Counted from the whole stretch's first letter, positions 26,577-39,689 are shown. The stretch: 63,992 bases of DNA, filler included, from Octopus bimaculoides (GCF_001194135.2; 8 parts of 8 records of this genome joined end to end with filler, not necessarily neighbours in it), one strand, 5' to 3'. Notes: generated by a model not told the origin, from the sequence alone. Made by a program: numbers and translations.

Positions 26577-29500
26577 CACATAAACGGGAAGAGAAAATAG
26601 AATTCATATTCTCCATTAATCCCAACGATTCTTCCGTCCTATCTTACAACGGCCTCTTGCAGGTGAGATTATAGACAACTGCTTGTGGTGCAGCATTCAG
26701 TGTAGATCTGTCTCGTGAAGAGATTTTCAAAAATTCCTTCGCTAAACAATACTAGTTTTGCTTCGGTCGATTATAATGCATTTCGTTATTTGCCTGTAGC
26801 TGGTTTCATACCTGTTTTCTTGGTTTGGTATGGCATGGACGTGGCATAGTTCATATTTTTTTATGTAGGTAAAGTGTCTGCATATAGTTAATCATACTAC
26901 ACACGGACACATACACCCACATATATGCGTGTGTATGTGTCTGTGAATAAATACATGTACGTTTTGTGTAGATAATCGATTCAAAGGTTAACTTATGTTT
27001 ACTCTACATGTAAGTATGCGATCATTATTGTACACATGTCATTGCGTGTACGTATTTTATGGGGTTGAATTTCATAATCAAATTGCTATATTAATGAGTA
27101 TATGCTCAGATCACCTTCAGCTTCTAGAATAAGTTCCTTATTACTCATATTATATTTCACTTGGATTGATTCGACACCTGTTACTCATACGATTCACATG
27201 AAAGTAAGTTTCGTAGAAATCATCACGACAAATCTACCTCAGAATACTTGTTCGAAGCATAACTTGCATACTAATAAAGTAGCATTTATTTATTTGTAAA
27301 ATGTCCGTATGCTACTATAAGAGTGCTCTTCAGTAATACGGGTAGCCGTTTCTTGAATCAATACATCCTTACAGTCATTATTATTAGAATACATTTCATG
27401 AAACTAATTGTTACTAGATTTTATTAGTAAAATAAGGGTGACTGAGTCTAGTGCTTAAATGCAAGCATAAATACCGGTACAATACAAGAAGTACGGACTA
27501 CCAATATTTTGAATCATAAACACGTATTCTATAATGGTGAATTTAATTTTTAATAGTTTTATAGTAATTATATTCTATTTGTTTAAATCTGGTCTCTGAA
27601 TTGATTTGACATTGTTACACACAAAACACAAAAGTGAAGTTAATATCAAGTAGCATTAAGTATTAAAAAATTGTCTAAATTTGTATTTTCCTCAGTAATA
27701 TTTATTCTAGTGTAGTGTTTGCCAAACCGTGACAAAATGCAGGACACTCAACTTAAGTAGAAATGTTGAAAAACTGTCACAATATAATAAATTAACGGAA
27801 TAAGACTATTTTGCAGATTTGCTGACTGTAGTGATTTTTGATTATTTGCAGCTAAAATGTTGCTATCTAAGATATTTAATCATCACACCCACCTACTTGT
27901 CCGAATGTCGTGGGCGTTATCAGTTATCAGTAATCGTTCAATTCATTTAAGTTTCTTCCTAATATTTGGAGCAGTAACATGACATTTCTAACTAAGATAT
28001 CGCGTAGACATCGTTGTTTAAGTGATATCTTTCATATCCATAGTGATATTAGCTCACATTAATTAATTAATTTATTAATTAGATAATTAATTAATTAATT
28101 AATTATGTAACGCTCAGAACTTATTTATGTAGTGATCAAATGCATTTTAATTCATTGAAATTACATTTCTGATTACAATTTATTAATGGTTACCTATGAT
28201 ACCAGGTCCAATCGGAATTTAATTCGAATTTGATGATACACCGGTGAGTAATTCTGGCTTTGCATGTGAGTTACTAGGTAGAGGGTGCGTAGGTGGGGGA
28301 AAACTGTAACATGGCATTTTAAAGATTGATATCGTCCAAGATAGGTAAACAATCGCACCGTTTCCAACATAGCCATGTGCAGGGATCGCATACGGAAAGC
28401 ATACGGAGATCTTGCATATACCAGCAACATAATGTATCCCCAAGAAGCAGATATTATTGAAATGGGTGACGAAATAAAACAACCTCACTAAATTATATCT
28501 CAAACCCAGTACGAATATAATAACGCCGTCATTTAAACAATCACATATATCTCGAAGATGCCACAATGGAAAGTGCACTGCGATTTCTAGTTATGTAGAG
28601 GGACCATTTAATAACTACGTACATACAATATATTACTTATCCTCTGGAATGCATCTATTCTACGAAGTTACTGAGCTTTTGCTTTAACGTTATACTGGAA
28701 ATAGACGTTTATTAATGAAATGACTAATGTGTGTGAATATTGCATTAGAACAATTATAATACGATGTTATGCAACCTGACATGATCTGATATAAAACTGA
28801 AGTAAGACGGGGGAGATAGGGGTTATATTGGGGGATATTTCTTATGCTAGTTTACACATTCCATTCAATATAATTTTGTTGCTGGTTACACTGTGCTATT
28901 TTCTGATTGGTGTTCAGATTTGTACGCAAAAATACATATTCTGTAGAAAGATAGAAGAGTAAGTTGGCGCAATGCTCACGAACGATATTACGTTTATACT
29001 ATTTTCCCACCTATACGAGGAAGTCATGTCACGAGTTCTTAGTTAAAACTTACAATAGGTTTTTTTTCAATAGGGTTAGAATTATTATCTAGAATATATT
29101 TTCATATACAATGGCAAAAAGAAGTCATTGCAACAATTTGAATGTTCGTTGGAAAAATAGGTTCGTCACAAGAAATAGAACCATTTTCCCGGGGGTCTGT
29201 AGTAGTCTATTAAAATACGATACCAGAATATATGGCGATTTTATTTTATGAAATACATGAAGTACATTGTTAGTGTTTTCATCGCCGGAGGAAATTGAAC
29301 ATTGAATTTAATGAAATGTAATTCCTGGCATCACTGCTGTGAATGATAAGAATCGTAAAAAGAAACGGATTTTCCAATTCACGTTTACTACGGAATGATT
29401 CTAAATATCACATTCAACTCGTATTGTTAGAAGGCATACGCTCTGTCTCTCAAGATATTATCTGAGATGAATGATGTAATGATACACGTAGCTGCATTGA

Positions 29501-30576
29501 TTCTAATCAATAGCGCTAGATGTACGTATGTAGAGACAGTTAACTATTTCTTAACTTGCAACAAGTTTGTTCCTTTGTATGAAGGAGATTACAAACATAA
29601 GATTATGCGTAAATCATATTCCTGTCTCTTACAACACGAAAACAATATTGACACTAATATCTGCTGTGACGCCAAGAAATATATTCAGTATCAATGCCAT
29701 TGAATATTACTAAAGTCATAAACAACCACCATCAGGAAGCCAGATTAATGAGAGGCTTCCTAAGATTTGTCAATAATGTTGGTTCCTATTTTGGATTTCA
29801 AACTCTATATTCTTGGATAAAACACATCTGAAATTATGATGTTCATGACTTTCCCAAAGTATTTAGCATTTATATGGTAATTGGAATGAGGAACATGATC
29901 GCTAAAAATATAACTATTTGCTATTCTAGCTCCGACTGCATGATACAGTCAATTTAAACGTTATGAATCATGATTCCTGGAACCGGAACTTTAACGCCTA
30001 AATTTATTGCAACAATAATATCGAACGAAGAACAATGAAGAACTAAATAGCAAGGAAACCTGTTATGTGGGCCGCATTATGCTGCATGTGTACTTCAACA
30101 AACTATGAGAGTAACGATAACACTTTAATCCAAGAATATAGACGTATTTAAAGTGAACTTGTATCGGCCGTATTAGATAGATTTCACAAGCGTTAACTGC
30201 AATAGTTCGAGTAGACGAATGGCTACTTATTTCCTTTCGTTGTGAGGCAGATTCAAACCATTGCTGCCTGAATACCAATGCCTGGTACATGCGTATTTTA
30301 ATTTCTTCATTCTATTGTAAAAATTCAAGGCGTGTCTCCGTCTTATGGAGAAGTCTATCCTATTGAAAACAATTCCTAATTCATAATTATGCCAATTTTA
30401 GTTGTTTCTTTTGCGAGTGGAGCATGCTGCACTGTCTCAACACTGGTCACACACACTCCCCCCCACNNNNNNNNNNNNNNNNNNNNNNNNNNNNNNNNNN
30501 NNNNNNNNNNNNNNNNNNNNNNNNNNNNNNNNNNNNNNNNNNNNNNNNNNNNNNNNNNNNNNNNNNNNNNNNNNNN

Positions 30577-30621
<45 letters not shown>

Positions 30622-30886
30622 GTGTGTGCGAGTCTGTGCGTACACGCGTGCATGTGCATATGTGAGTGTGTGTGTCTGTGTGAGATTGTGTATGTTTAAA
30701 AATAATAGTATTTGATAGGTAAGTTTTAAAAAAAACAATTTCGCTGTAGGGAATTAGTAATAATGGTACACACCTCCCACGTGACGATTGGAGCATTCCA
30801 TCCAGTCACTATAGTTATCATTACATCATTCATGACTCTCAGACAATTTCTGAAACCACTTCACCACTGTCATCTGTACATCTCAC

Positions 30887-31226
30887 TCCCCAGGTTGCAA
30901 CATCCTCGATTAATATGTGGGAGGTGCAGTTCAGCGATAGACCAATAAAACTCCTTGTAACACCAAATGTGAACTGAAGGCAAATATTATGGCATCATTT
31001 ATCAGCTTTAACAAGGAGAGATTCAAGAAGCGCTGCGCGAGATTCCGAAGTCGTCTGGAGGCCGTGGTTGAGGTCAATGACGATTTTATTGAATAACTTT
31101 ACTGTCTTTACTATTTGAAGATGCTATTGCGTAATTTTGCTAATGTGTTTAACTGTGAAATGTGCTGTAAGTATTATTTATATTTTTGCGTAATTTAGAC
31201 CACAATTTATTTACATTCTGTGTATA
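30887..31226 (+). mobile_element. Tc1/mariner (maT/DD37D-like) transposase C-terminal relic
   Basis: SPGCNILD*YVGGAVQR*TNKTPCNTKCELKANIMASFISFNKERFKKRCARFRSRLEAVVEVNDDFIE* (30887-31096) contains the SPDxNPLDY-like catalytic-D motif and the typical RLEAVVEANG ending. Confidence 0.8.
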
Positions 31227-31583
31227 CGAATATATATATATACACACATATATATATATATATATATATANNNNNNNNNNNNNNNNNNNNNNNNNNNNNN
31301 NNNNNNNNNNNNNNTTAATTAATTAANNNNNNNNNNNNNNNNNNNNNNNNNNNNNNNNNNNNNNNNNNNNTATATATGAGAGGTATTGGAATCCAGAAGA
31401 CCCAAGGTGGTAGGTGATGCTATGTAAGTGCTATGGAAGAACCGTAGTTAAACTCTCGGTTCGATAATGATGCGAGTGCGGAGTCCAGTGCGAGTCTTGT
31501 GTGAGCATGTATATGTTAAATAAAATGAAACAACAAACCCAAGGCTGCGAGGGATTTATGGGGCATTTATAAAGAGAAAAGTA

Positions 31584-31631
31584 ATCTTACAGCTGTTTCT
31601 GGGATATTAGGGAGATCCCTTCATCGGAGAC
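31584..31631 (-). ncRNA. Minimal type I hammerhead ribozyme-like motif
   Basis: Minus strand reads GUCU-CCGAUGA-A-GGGAU(CUCCCUAAU)AUCCC-A-GAAAC-AGCU-GUA-AGAU: stem I, stem II, self-complementary ACAGCUGU stem III, GUA triplet. U4 is replaced by C. Confidence 0.6.
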
Positions 31632-31921
31632 GATATGAGAGAGTTAATTAGAGGGAAATAGTAGAGTTCAGAATAAGGAGTTATTTTGGAAAGGGATGGA
31701 CATAGGAAGTATAAAGGGAAATAAGAGAATAAAAGGGAAAATAAAATAAGGGTGTTACGGTTGCAGTTCCGTTATTCAAAGAAAGTGCTGTGTAGAATGG
31801 GTAGAAATGCTTCTTGTCGATGGTAAGTAGGTTCCGATAGGAGTTCATATTTTGTGGATAGTAGAGGGACATAAATTCCATGAGCTATTCATTCAAAGGG
31901 ATTTTGTGGTGTATGTATATT

Positions 31922-31956
<35 letters not shown>

Positions 31957-32224
31957 GTGCGCGTATGTATATATGTGTATGTGCATATATATGTATATGT
32001 GTGTAAGCCTGTGTCCGGTGCATATGCGCAGCTTTCATGCACACGTCCCCTTCATATATACATACATACATGTACACACCTACATATTTATGTATATACA
32101 CATGCACATATGGGTACAGGACGTTAAAAATAAAGGGGAAAATATGAAAAACGAGAACATTTTTCGAATAACGAAGGAAACAAATAGAGAACGAGACAGG
32201 TAACATAAAGAATAATCTCTTCAT

Positions 32225-32640
32225 TAGTTGTCCCCTGTTTTATCTACTCCGCATTTCGAACGTTTAGGACAAAATGCGTCTTCGTCAAAACAGCCGTTCC
32301 CTCAGAACAAATTAAATAAAATTTAGGATTTGCGGAGGGTTAAAGTGGTGACAAAAACAGGACAGTGAGAACAAAACAGTAAAAACAAACGGTAAGGGCT
32401 GTTAAGCCATAACAAGGTGAAGTGGTGAACGCTGGAGAAACAAGCTTTGACTGGAGACAGACAAAAATGCGTTGTCTCTCGTAGCGTAAGGAGGAGAAAG
32501 AAAGATAGCCGTTGGTCACGTGTAAGCAACGAGAGAGTAAAGGCGGAAGAGTGAGGGGGAGATAGAGAACGGTGAAAGGGAGAGGAGAAGAATTAAAGAA
32601 AGAGTGGAAGAGAAAAAAAGAAAGAAAGAAGAGAGGGAGA
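32225..32640 (-). mobile_element. Interspersed repeat, inverted partner of 34200-34725
   Basis: Revcomp cactgtcctgtttttgtcaccactttaaccctccgcaaatcctaaattttattt matches ccactgtcctgtttttgttcccaactttgaccttccataaatcctaaattttattt at ~34598-34653. Confidence 0.65.
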
Positions 32641-34199
32641 ATAGAGATAGTGATATAAGTGTCACATCGGAATTATTATTATTATTATCATTATTATTAT
32701 TATATATATATATATACAGACATACATACACATATACATAAATACATGTTTACATGCTTACATACATATATGCAGACATATGCGTTCATACGCAAACAAG
32801 CACATACATACATTCATACATGTGCACACGCACACAAATATGTTCATACATACATACATGCATACACATACACATATACATGTGTACATACATACATACA
32901 TATACGCAGGCACATGCATTCATGCGCAAACACGCACATACATATATTCCCCCCCCACACACACACACATACATACACACGCATACACACACAGAGTCCA
33001 CGCTCTCTCCTCCCCTTTATTATTTCAAATCCCTTTTTATCTCTAATTCTGATCAATTCATATTCCAGAAACTTCTTCACACATATTGCACAGAGACAAA
33101 CGGCTTCATACATACACGCGCGCATGCGCCAAAATCCCCACGCCAACACATTCACTCTCTTCTCTCTATCTCTCTGTCCCCCCCCCCNNNNNNNNNNNNN
33201 NNNNNNNNNNNNNNNNNNNNNNNNNNNNNNNNNNNNNNNNNNNNNNNNNNNNNNNNNNNNNNNNNNNNNNNNNNNNNNNNNNNNNNNNNNNNNNNNNNNN
33301 NNNNNNNNNNNNNNNNNNNNNNNNNNNNNNNNNNNNNNNNNNNNNNNNNNNNNNNNNNNNNNNNNNNNNNNNNNNNNNNNNNNNNNNNNNNNNNNNNNNN
33401 NNNNNNNNNNNNNNNNNNNNNNNNNNNNNNNNNNNNNNNNNNNNNNNNNNNNNNNNNNNNNNNNNNNNNNNNNNNNNNNNNNNNNNNNNNNNNNNNNNNN
33501 NNNNNNNNNNNNNNNNNNNNNNNNNNNNNNNNNNNNNNNNNNNNNNNNNNNNNNNNNNNNNNNNNNNNNNNNNNNNNNNNNNNNNNNNNNNNNNNNNNNN
33601 NNNNNNNNNNNNNNNNNNNNNNNNNNNNNNNNNNNNNNNNNNNNNNNNNNNNNNNNNNNNNNNNNNNNNNNNNNNNNNNNNNNNNNNNNNNNNNNNNNNN
33701 NNNNNNNNNNNNNNNNNNNNNNNNNNNNNNNNNNNNNNNNNNNNNNNNNNNNNNNNNNNNNNNNNNNNNNNNNNNNNNNNNNNNNNNNNNNNNNNNNNNN
33801 NNNNNNNNNNNNNNNNNNNNNNNNNNNNNNNNNNNNNNNNNNNNNNNNNNNNNNNNNNNNNNNNNNNNNNNNNNNNNNNNNNNNNNNNNNNNNNNNNNNN
33901 NNNNNNNNNNNNNNNNNNNNNNNNNNNNNNNNNNNNNNNNNNNNNNNNNNNNNNNNNNNNNNNNNNNNNNNNNNNNNNNNNNNNNNNNNNNNNNNNNNNN
34001 NNNNNNNNNNNNNNNNNNNNNNNNNNNNNNNNNNNNNNNNNNNNNNNNNNNNNNNNNNNNNNNNNNNNNNNNNNNNNNNNNNNNNNNNNNNNNNNNNNNN
34101 NNNNNNNATGTATGTATATAGGTATGTAATATTATTTATTATTATTATTATTATTATTTAATTGAACGCTACGCATCCGTTTCCAAATAAGTTTATCTT

Positions 34200-34725
34200 C
34201 ACCTTTTTGATGCGACTCCCTACTCTATACTGTTTTCTTCCTCCATCCTTCTCTAACTCCCTTTTTCTCACCCTCCCTCTTTCACTATTTTCTATCTGTC
34301 TCTGTCTCTGTCACTCTCTCTCTCTCTCTCTTTCTCCCCACCTCTTTCTCTTTTTCTCACTCTCTTTGCTCACGCATGACCATCGACCAGCTTTCCTTTC
34401 ATCACGTGACCATCTTTCCTTTCATCACGTGACCATCTTTCCTTTCCTGCACGGACGTACAAAGGACTGGAGTTTTTTTCTCTCTCTCCTATCTTTTCTC
34501 TTTTCAAAATAATATATCTCCCAGCGTTCACTATTTTCCTCTCGTTCTGGTCCAACGACCCTCCGTGTTTGTTTTCGTTCGGTTTCCTTGTATGTCTCCA
34601 CTGTCCTGTTTTTGTTCCCAACTTTGACCTTCCATAAATCCTAAATTTTATTTTAGAGTTTCTGGGAGCAACTGTCTTTGAAGACTCATATTGTCGTTGA
34701 ATGCTCGAAATATATAAATCTATCT
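34200..34725 (+). mobile_element. Interspersed repeat of the same family as 32225-32640
   Basis: Shared blocks cacgtgacc, cagcgttcac and cactgtcctgtttttg...aatcctaaattttattt. Confidence 0.65.
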
Positions 34726-34749
34726 ATATATATATATATATATGACTAG

Positions 34750-35398
34750 CTTAATAGCAGCCCTGGTGAAGTCATTTAGTCCTATATTGGGCACCTTGAC
34801 TCACTCTAGCAAAGAGTTATTATTGTTGGAGTCATATCCGGGTGTAGGAGGTTGGTCCGGGAAATTTTGAAGAAATTTTTCCAGTGAACTTTTGGATTTA
34901 ATGGGATCCGTTTCCGTTTTGATGTATTTTGGTATAATATCAAAGAAAACTGGATCGCTTGAGGTAAAGTAGTTGTGGCGCAATGTTGTAGTAGGCGGAT
35001 AGCACGGGGGCCAAGTCTTGGATGGATTTTAAGATTGATGCCAACATCATTTGTGCAATATTGATGGAATATTTTCCACATCAAACAGACGACATGACGC
35101 TCTCAGCAGCGTTAGAGAGAGTATCATTCTTTCTATCTTGTTATTGTCCTCTGGAGTGCTTCCACTTTCATAATGTGTTGCTTCGTATGGGGAGACCACA
35201 GTGGGTAACAGTATTCATGGCGGGGTCGGGCAAAAGTAGAGCAGAGAAGGTTGATGGTGTGGGCATCTCCAGACCGGAAAGTTCTCAGAATCCAGGAGCA
35301 CATCTTGCGGGCCAAGTCAACCTTGCTGCTTACGTGGGAACTCCAGCTTAGATTGTTATCAGCAATTACTCCAAGGTCTCTGGTGTTGCTCGATGACA
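34750..35398 (-). mobile_element. CR1-like LINE, 5'-truncated ORF2 C-terminus
   Basis: SSNTRDLGVIADNNLSWSSHVSSKVDLARKMCSWILRTFRS...RPRHEYCYPLWSPHTKQHIMKVEALQRTITR, then ...LEKFLQNFPDQPPTPGY. These are hallmark CR1/L2-group RT thumb-region motifs. Confidence 0.88.
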
Positions 35399-35463
35399 CT
35401 AATATATATGTGTGTGTGTGTGTGTATCTATATATATGTATGTGTATGTATATATATATATAC

Positions 35464-35500
<37 letters not shown>

Positions 35501-35717
35501 NNNNNNNNNNNNNNNNNNNNNNNNNNNNNNNNNNNNNNNNNNNNNNNNNNNNNNNNNNNNNNNNNNNNNNNNNNNNNNNNNNNNNNNNNNNNNNNNNNNN
35601 NNNNNNNNNNNNNNNNNNNNNNNNNNNNNNNNNNNNNNNNNNNNNNNNNNNNNNNNNNNNNNNNNNNNNNNNNNNNNNNNNNNNNNNNNNNNNNNNNNNN
35701 NNNNNNNNNNNNNNNNN

Positions 35718-36400
35718 CGTATATATAATTATGTATATGTATATCTGTGCATGTGTCTTTGTGTCTGTGTTTGTCCTCCCACCACTGCTTGACAACCGAT
35801 GCTGGTGTGTTTATATCCCCGTAAGCTAGCGGTTCGGCAAAAACGATCGATAGCATAAGTAGTAGGTTTTAAAAGAATAAGCCCTGGGGGTGATTTCATC
35901 GAGTAAAAACCTTTAAGGCGGTGCTCCAGCATGGCCGCAGTTAAAATGACTGAAACACGTAAAAGATAAAAGAATAGAATATATATATAGGCGTGGCTGT
36001 GTGGTAAGTAGCTTGCTTCTCAACCACATGGTTCCGGGTTCAGTCCCACTGCGTGGCACCTTGGCCAAGTGTCTTCTACTACAGCGTCGGTCCGACCAAA
36101 GCCTTGTGAGTGGATTTGGTAGACGGAAACTGAAAGAAGCCCGTCGTATATATAATTATGTATATGTATATCTGTGCATGTGTCTTTGTGTCTGTGTTTG
36201 TCCTCCCACCACTGCTTGACAACCGATGTTGGCGAGTTTATGCCCCTGTAACTTAGCAGTTCGGCAAAAGGAACCGATAGAATAAGTATTAGGCTTATAA
36301 AGAATACGCTGTGCGGTCGATATCTTCGACTAAAACCCTTTAAGGTGGTGCTCCAGCATGGCTGCAGTCAAATGACTGAAACAAGTAAAAGTAAAAGAAT
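35718..36400 (+). mobile_element. Tandem SINE family A copies (3' half at 35718-35975, full length at ~35985-36400)
   Basis: Head aggcgtggctgtgtggtaagtagcttgcttctcaaccacatggttccgggttcagtcccactgcgtggcacc, core and tail read directly. Confidence 0.9.
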
Positions 36401-36547
36401 GAAAGAATATGTGTGTGTGTGTGTATGTGTGTGTACATGTACATGTATATACGTGTATGTATATGAACATGTGTGTGTATTTATGTCTATAAATAAGTAG
36501 ATATACACATGCATACACACATACACACCCACACCCACCCACACACA

Positions 36548-36592
<45 letters not shown>

Positions 36593-37639
36593 NNNNNNNN
36601 NNNNNNNNNNNNNNNNNNNNNNNNNNNNNNNNNNNNNNNNNNNNNNNNNNNNNNNNNNNNNNNNNNNNNNNNNNNNNNNNNNNNNNNNNNNNNNNNNNNN
36701 NNNNNNNNNNNNNNNNNNNNNNNNNNNNNNNNNNNNNNNNNNNNNNNNNNNNNNNNNNNNNNNNNNNNNNNNNNNNNNNNNNNNNNNNNNNNNNNNNNNN
36801 NNNNNNNNNNNNNNNNNNNNNNNNNNNNNNNNNNNNNNNNNNNNNNNNNNNNNNNNNNNNNNNNNNNNNNNNNNNNNNNNNNNNNNNNNNNNNNNNNNNN
36901 NNNNNNNNNNNNNNNNNNNNNNNNNNNNNNNNNNNNNNNNNNNNNNNNNNNNNNNNNNNNNNNNNNNNNNNNNNNNNNNNNNNNNNNNNNNNNNNNNNNN
37001 NNNNNNNNNNNNNNNNNNNNNNNNNNNNNNNNNNNNNNNNNNNNNNNNNNNNNNNNNNNNNNNNNNNNNNNNNNNNNNNNNNNNNNNNNNNNNNNNNNNN
37101 NNNNNNNNNNNNNNNNNNNNNNNNNNNNNNNNNNNNNNNNNNNNNNNNNNNNNNNNNNNNNNNNNNNNNNNNNNNNNNNNNNNNNNNNNNNNNNNNNNNN
37201 NNNNNNNNNNNNNNNNNNNNNNNNNNNNNNNNNNNNNNNNNNNNNNNNNNNNNNNNNNNNNNNNNNNNNNNNNNNNNNNNNNNNNNNNNNNNNNNNNNNN
37301 NNNNNNNNNNNNNNNNNNNNNNNNNNNNNNNNNNNNNNNNNNNNNNNNNNNNNNNNNNNNNNNNNNNNNNNNNNNNNNNNNNNNNNNNNNNNNNNNNNNN
37401 NNNNNNNNNNNNNNAATAATAATAATAATCCTTTCTTTATTGACCACAAAGGCCGAACACAAAAACTTATAGGGACAATACAAAACCAGGGACAAATGGG
37501 GTTTAAAACAGAAAATGTGTAAACATTGAAAACCTAAAAAAAACCCAGTAAACAAGAAACTTACCCAATAGGGGGTGCGGTTCCACCCAGGGCCAAACAG
37601 GCACCCACATCTAATAATGAACGCCCTTATGCAGTACCA

Positions 37640-38149
37640 GGCAATGGCTCTCATGGATTCTGATCTTAACTGATTGGAAGTGTTATCATGTACATTGTTT
37701 TGTCTTGGTATAAAAAGATGGACTACAACAAATATTCTGCTGAATACCACAGATTTGCTTTAACCAGTTGAGCATGTCCTTTGGTGGCTGATGATATGTA
37801 CGTCTCTGGTCACGGGTAGAAGTAGTGGGAGAACATCATAGCCATGTGTTGAGAGGAATTTTTTGAAATTGAATAATCTACCTCTGGAAACATGAGTGTT
37901 TTGTTCAACATCCTTAAACAACCTTTATTCAAGGACCTTTTGAGTGGGATGGGCTACTCGACCTGAAGAAAATTCTAACTGGGCCCCACCTGCAAGGTCA
38001 TGCGCTGTTTATCTTGATATGAGATCACCATGATGAGCACGTATGGTTGTGATGCATGTGCCTGGTGTACCCTTATCAGACGGGTAGTCATGATGGCTAT
38101 ACTGGGCTTCGTATATTTTAACCCAGTCTCCCTTTGATGGCATGCACTG

Positions 38150-38150
<1 letters not shown>
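37640..38150. repeat. Probable interspersed repeat of unknown class
   Basis: Non-coding, moderately GC-rich block (accacagatttg...ttaaccagttgagcatgtcc...gaagtagtggga...catcatagccatgtgttgagagga) that I recall as a common octopus repeat. Only one copy in this window. Confidence 0.4.
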
Positions 38151-38181
<31 letters not shown>

Positions 38182-38196
38182 AATAATAATAATCCT

Positions 38197-38455
38197 TTCT
38201 ACTAAAGGAACAAGGCTTGAAATTTGTGGGGTGTGGGTAAGTCGATTACATCGAGTTCAGTATTTCACTGGTACTTAATTTATCGACCGCGAAAGGATCG
38301 TCGGAATTCGAACTCACAACGTAAAGACGGACGAAATGCCGACTTTGCTTTTCATCCTTTCGCGGTCGATAAATTAAGTACGAGTGAAATACTGGAGTCG
38401 ATATAATCGACTTACCCCCTCCCCCCAAATTTCAGGCCTTGTGCCTTTAGTAGAA
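38197..38455. repeat. Foldback (inverted duplication) of a SINE family B 3' half
   Basis: Arms 38197-38298 and 38354-38455 are reverse complements, including a perfect 28-bp match. Confidence 0.85.
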
Positions 38456-38679
38456 TGTGTTGAGTGTAAAATAACACAGGTCAACACACTTTTGCTGACT
38501 TCCGTTTTGTGATTGTATTTAGTTAATTTTGAGATGCTGATTTCAAATATGGCATCCATTTTTCCCTAACACATCAGGTTTTCATTCTATAGCATACCCC
38601 TATTTTATGATGTACTGTATAAATTAATTTACTTGGTCAGGATAGTTCACTAAGTCTTATAGCTTCAAACCATATATCG

Positions 38680-38970
38680 ACCACAGTGCGTAACTGGTAC
38701 TTATTTAATCGACCTCGAAAGGACGAAAGGCTAAGTTGACCTCGGCGGAATTTGAACTCAGAACATATCGGCAGACGAAATACCGCTTAGCATTTCGCCC
38801 GGCGTGCTAACGTTTCTTATTTCTTTATTGCCCACAAGGGGCTAAACATAGAGGAGACAAACAAGGACAGACAAAGGGATTAAGTCGATTACATCGACCC
38901 CCCCAGTGCGTAGCTGGTACTTAATTTATCGACCCCGTGCTAACGTTTCTGCCAGCTCACCGCCTTATAC
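38680..38970 (-). mobile_element. Rearranged SINE family B copy or copies
   Basis: gacctcggcggaatttgaactcagaac...gcatttcgcccggcgtgctaacgtttc, with internal segments repeated at ~38880-38965. Confidence 0.75.
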
Positions 38971-39134
38971 TTGAGTCAATCTTGTACAGCTTTTATATGA
39001 TCATCATTCTCTTTCAAGTGGAGAGACTGACCCAGGGGAAGCGCACCAAACAAGTTTCCATTATAGACTGATATACATTTATGACTCATCTTTGAACTAT
39101 CTCTAAATAGTCTCCATTCTCTAAGATCATACTC

Positions 39135-39344
39135 TTCTACTTGTTTCTGTCATTTGACTGCGGCCATGCTGGAGCACTGCCTTTAGTCGAGCAAATCGAT
39201 CCCAGGACTTATTCTTGGAAGCCTAGTACTTATTCTATCGTACTCGGTTGTCAAGCGATGTTGGGGGCGAGGGGAAACAGACACACAAACACATACACAC
39301 ACATATGTATACATATACATATATACGACGGGCTTCTTTCAGTT
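39135..39344 (-). mobile_element. SINE family A 3' half, cut by spacer
   Basis: catttgactgcggccatgctggagcac...tcggttgtcaagcg...gacgggcttctttcagtt. Confidence 0.8.
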
Positions 39345-39689
39345 NNNNNNNNNNNNNNNNNNNNNNNNNNNNNNNNNNNNNNNNNNNNTTAATTAATTAA
39401 NNNNNNNNNNNNNNNNNNNNNNNNNNNNNNNNNNNNNNNNNNNNAAAAAATATTTACTTTTTAAAATATTTAAACGTGCGGGAGTAACAATGCACACATA
39501 GAATCCCAAGGTCAGATCTATTGTTAAAAATTTCGTAAATTTCCATAGAGCACAGTCCACAGCCATATCTACTATTTCTATAATGTCATGGTTTGAGGAC
39601 AGTTTAGTTAATCTATCGGAAATGTTTTTTACATGACATCTTTAAATCTAATTCTCATTACTACAATGAAGCTTTATCTAGAGCGGGCT

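Noticed and set aside
28207-28480. Possible micro-exon (donor CCG|gtgagt) and a short open frame GKQSHRFQH...EIKQPH*
   Set aside because: No homology or consistent gene structure is visible.
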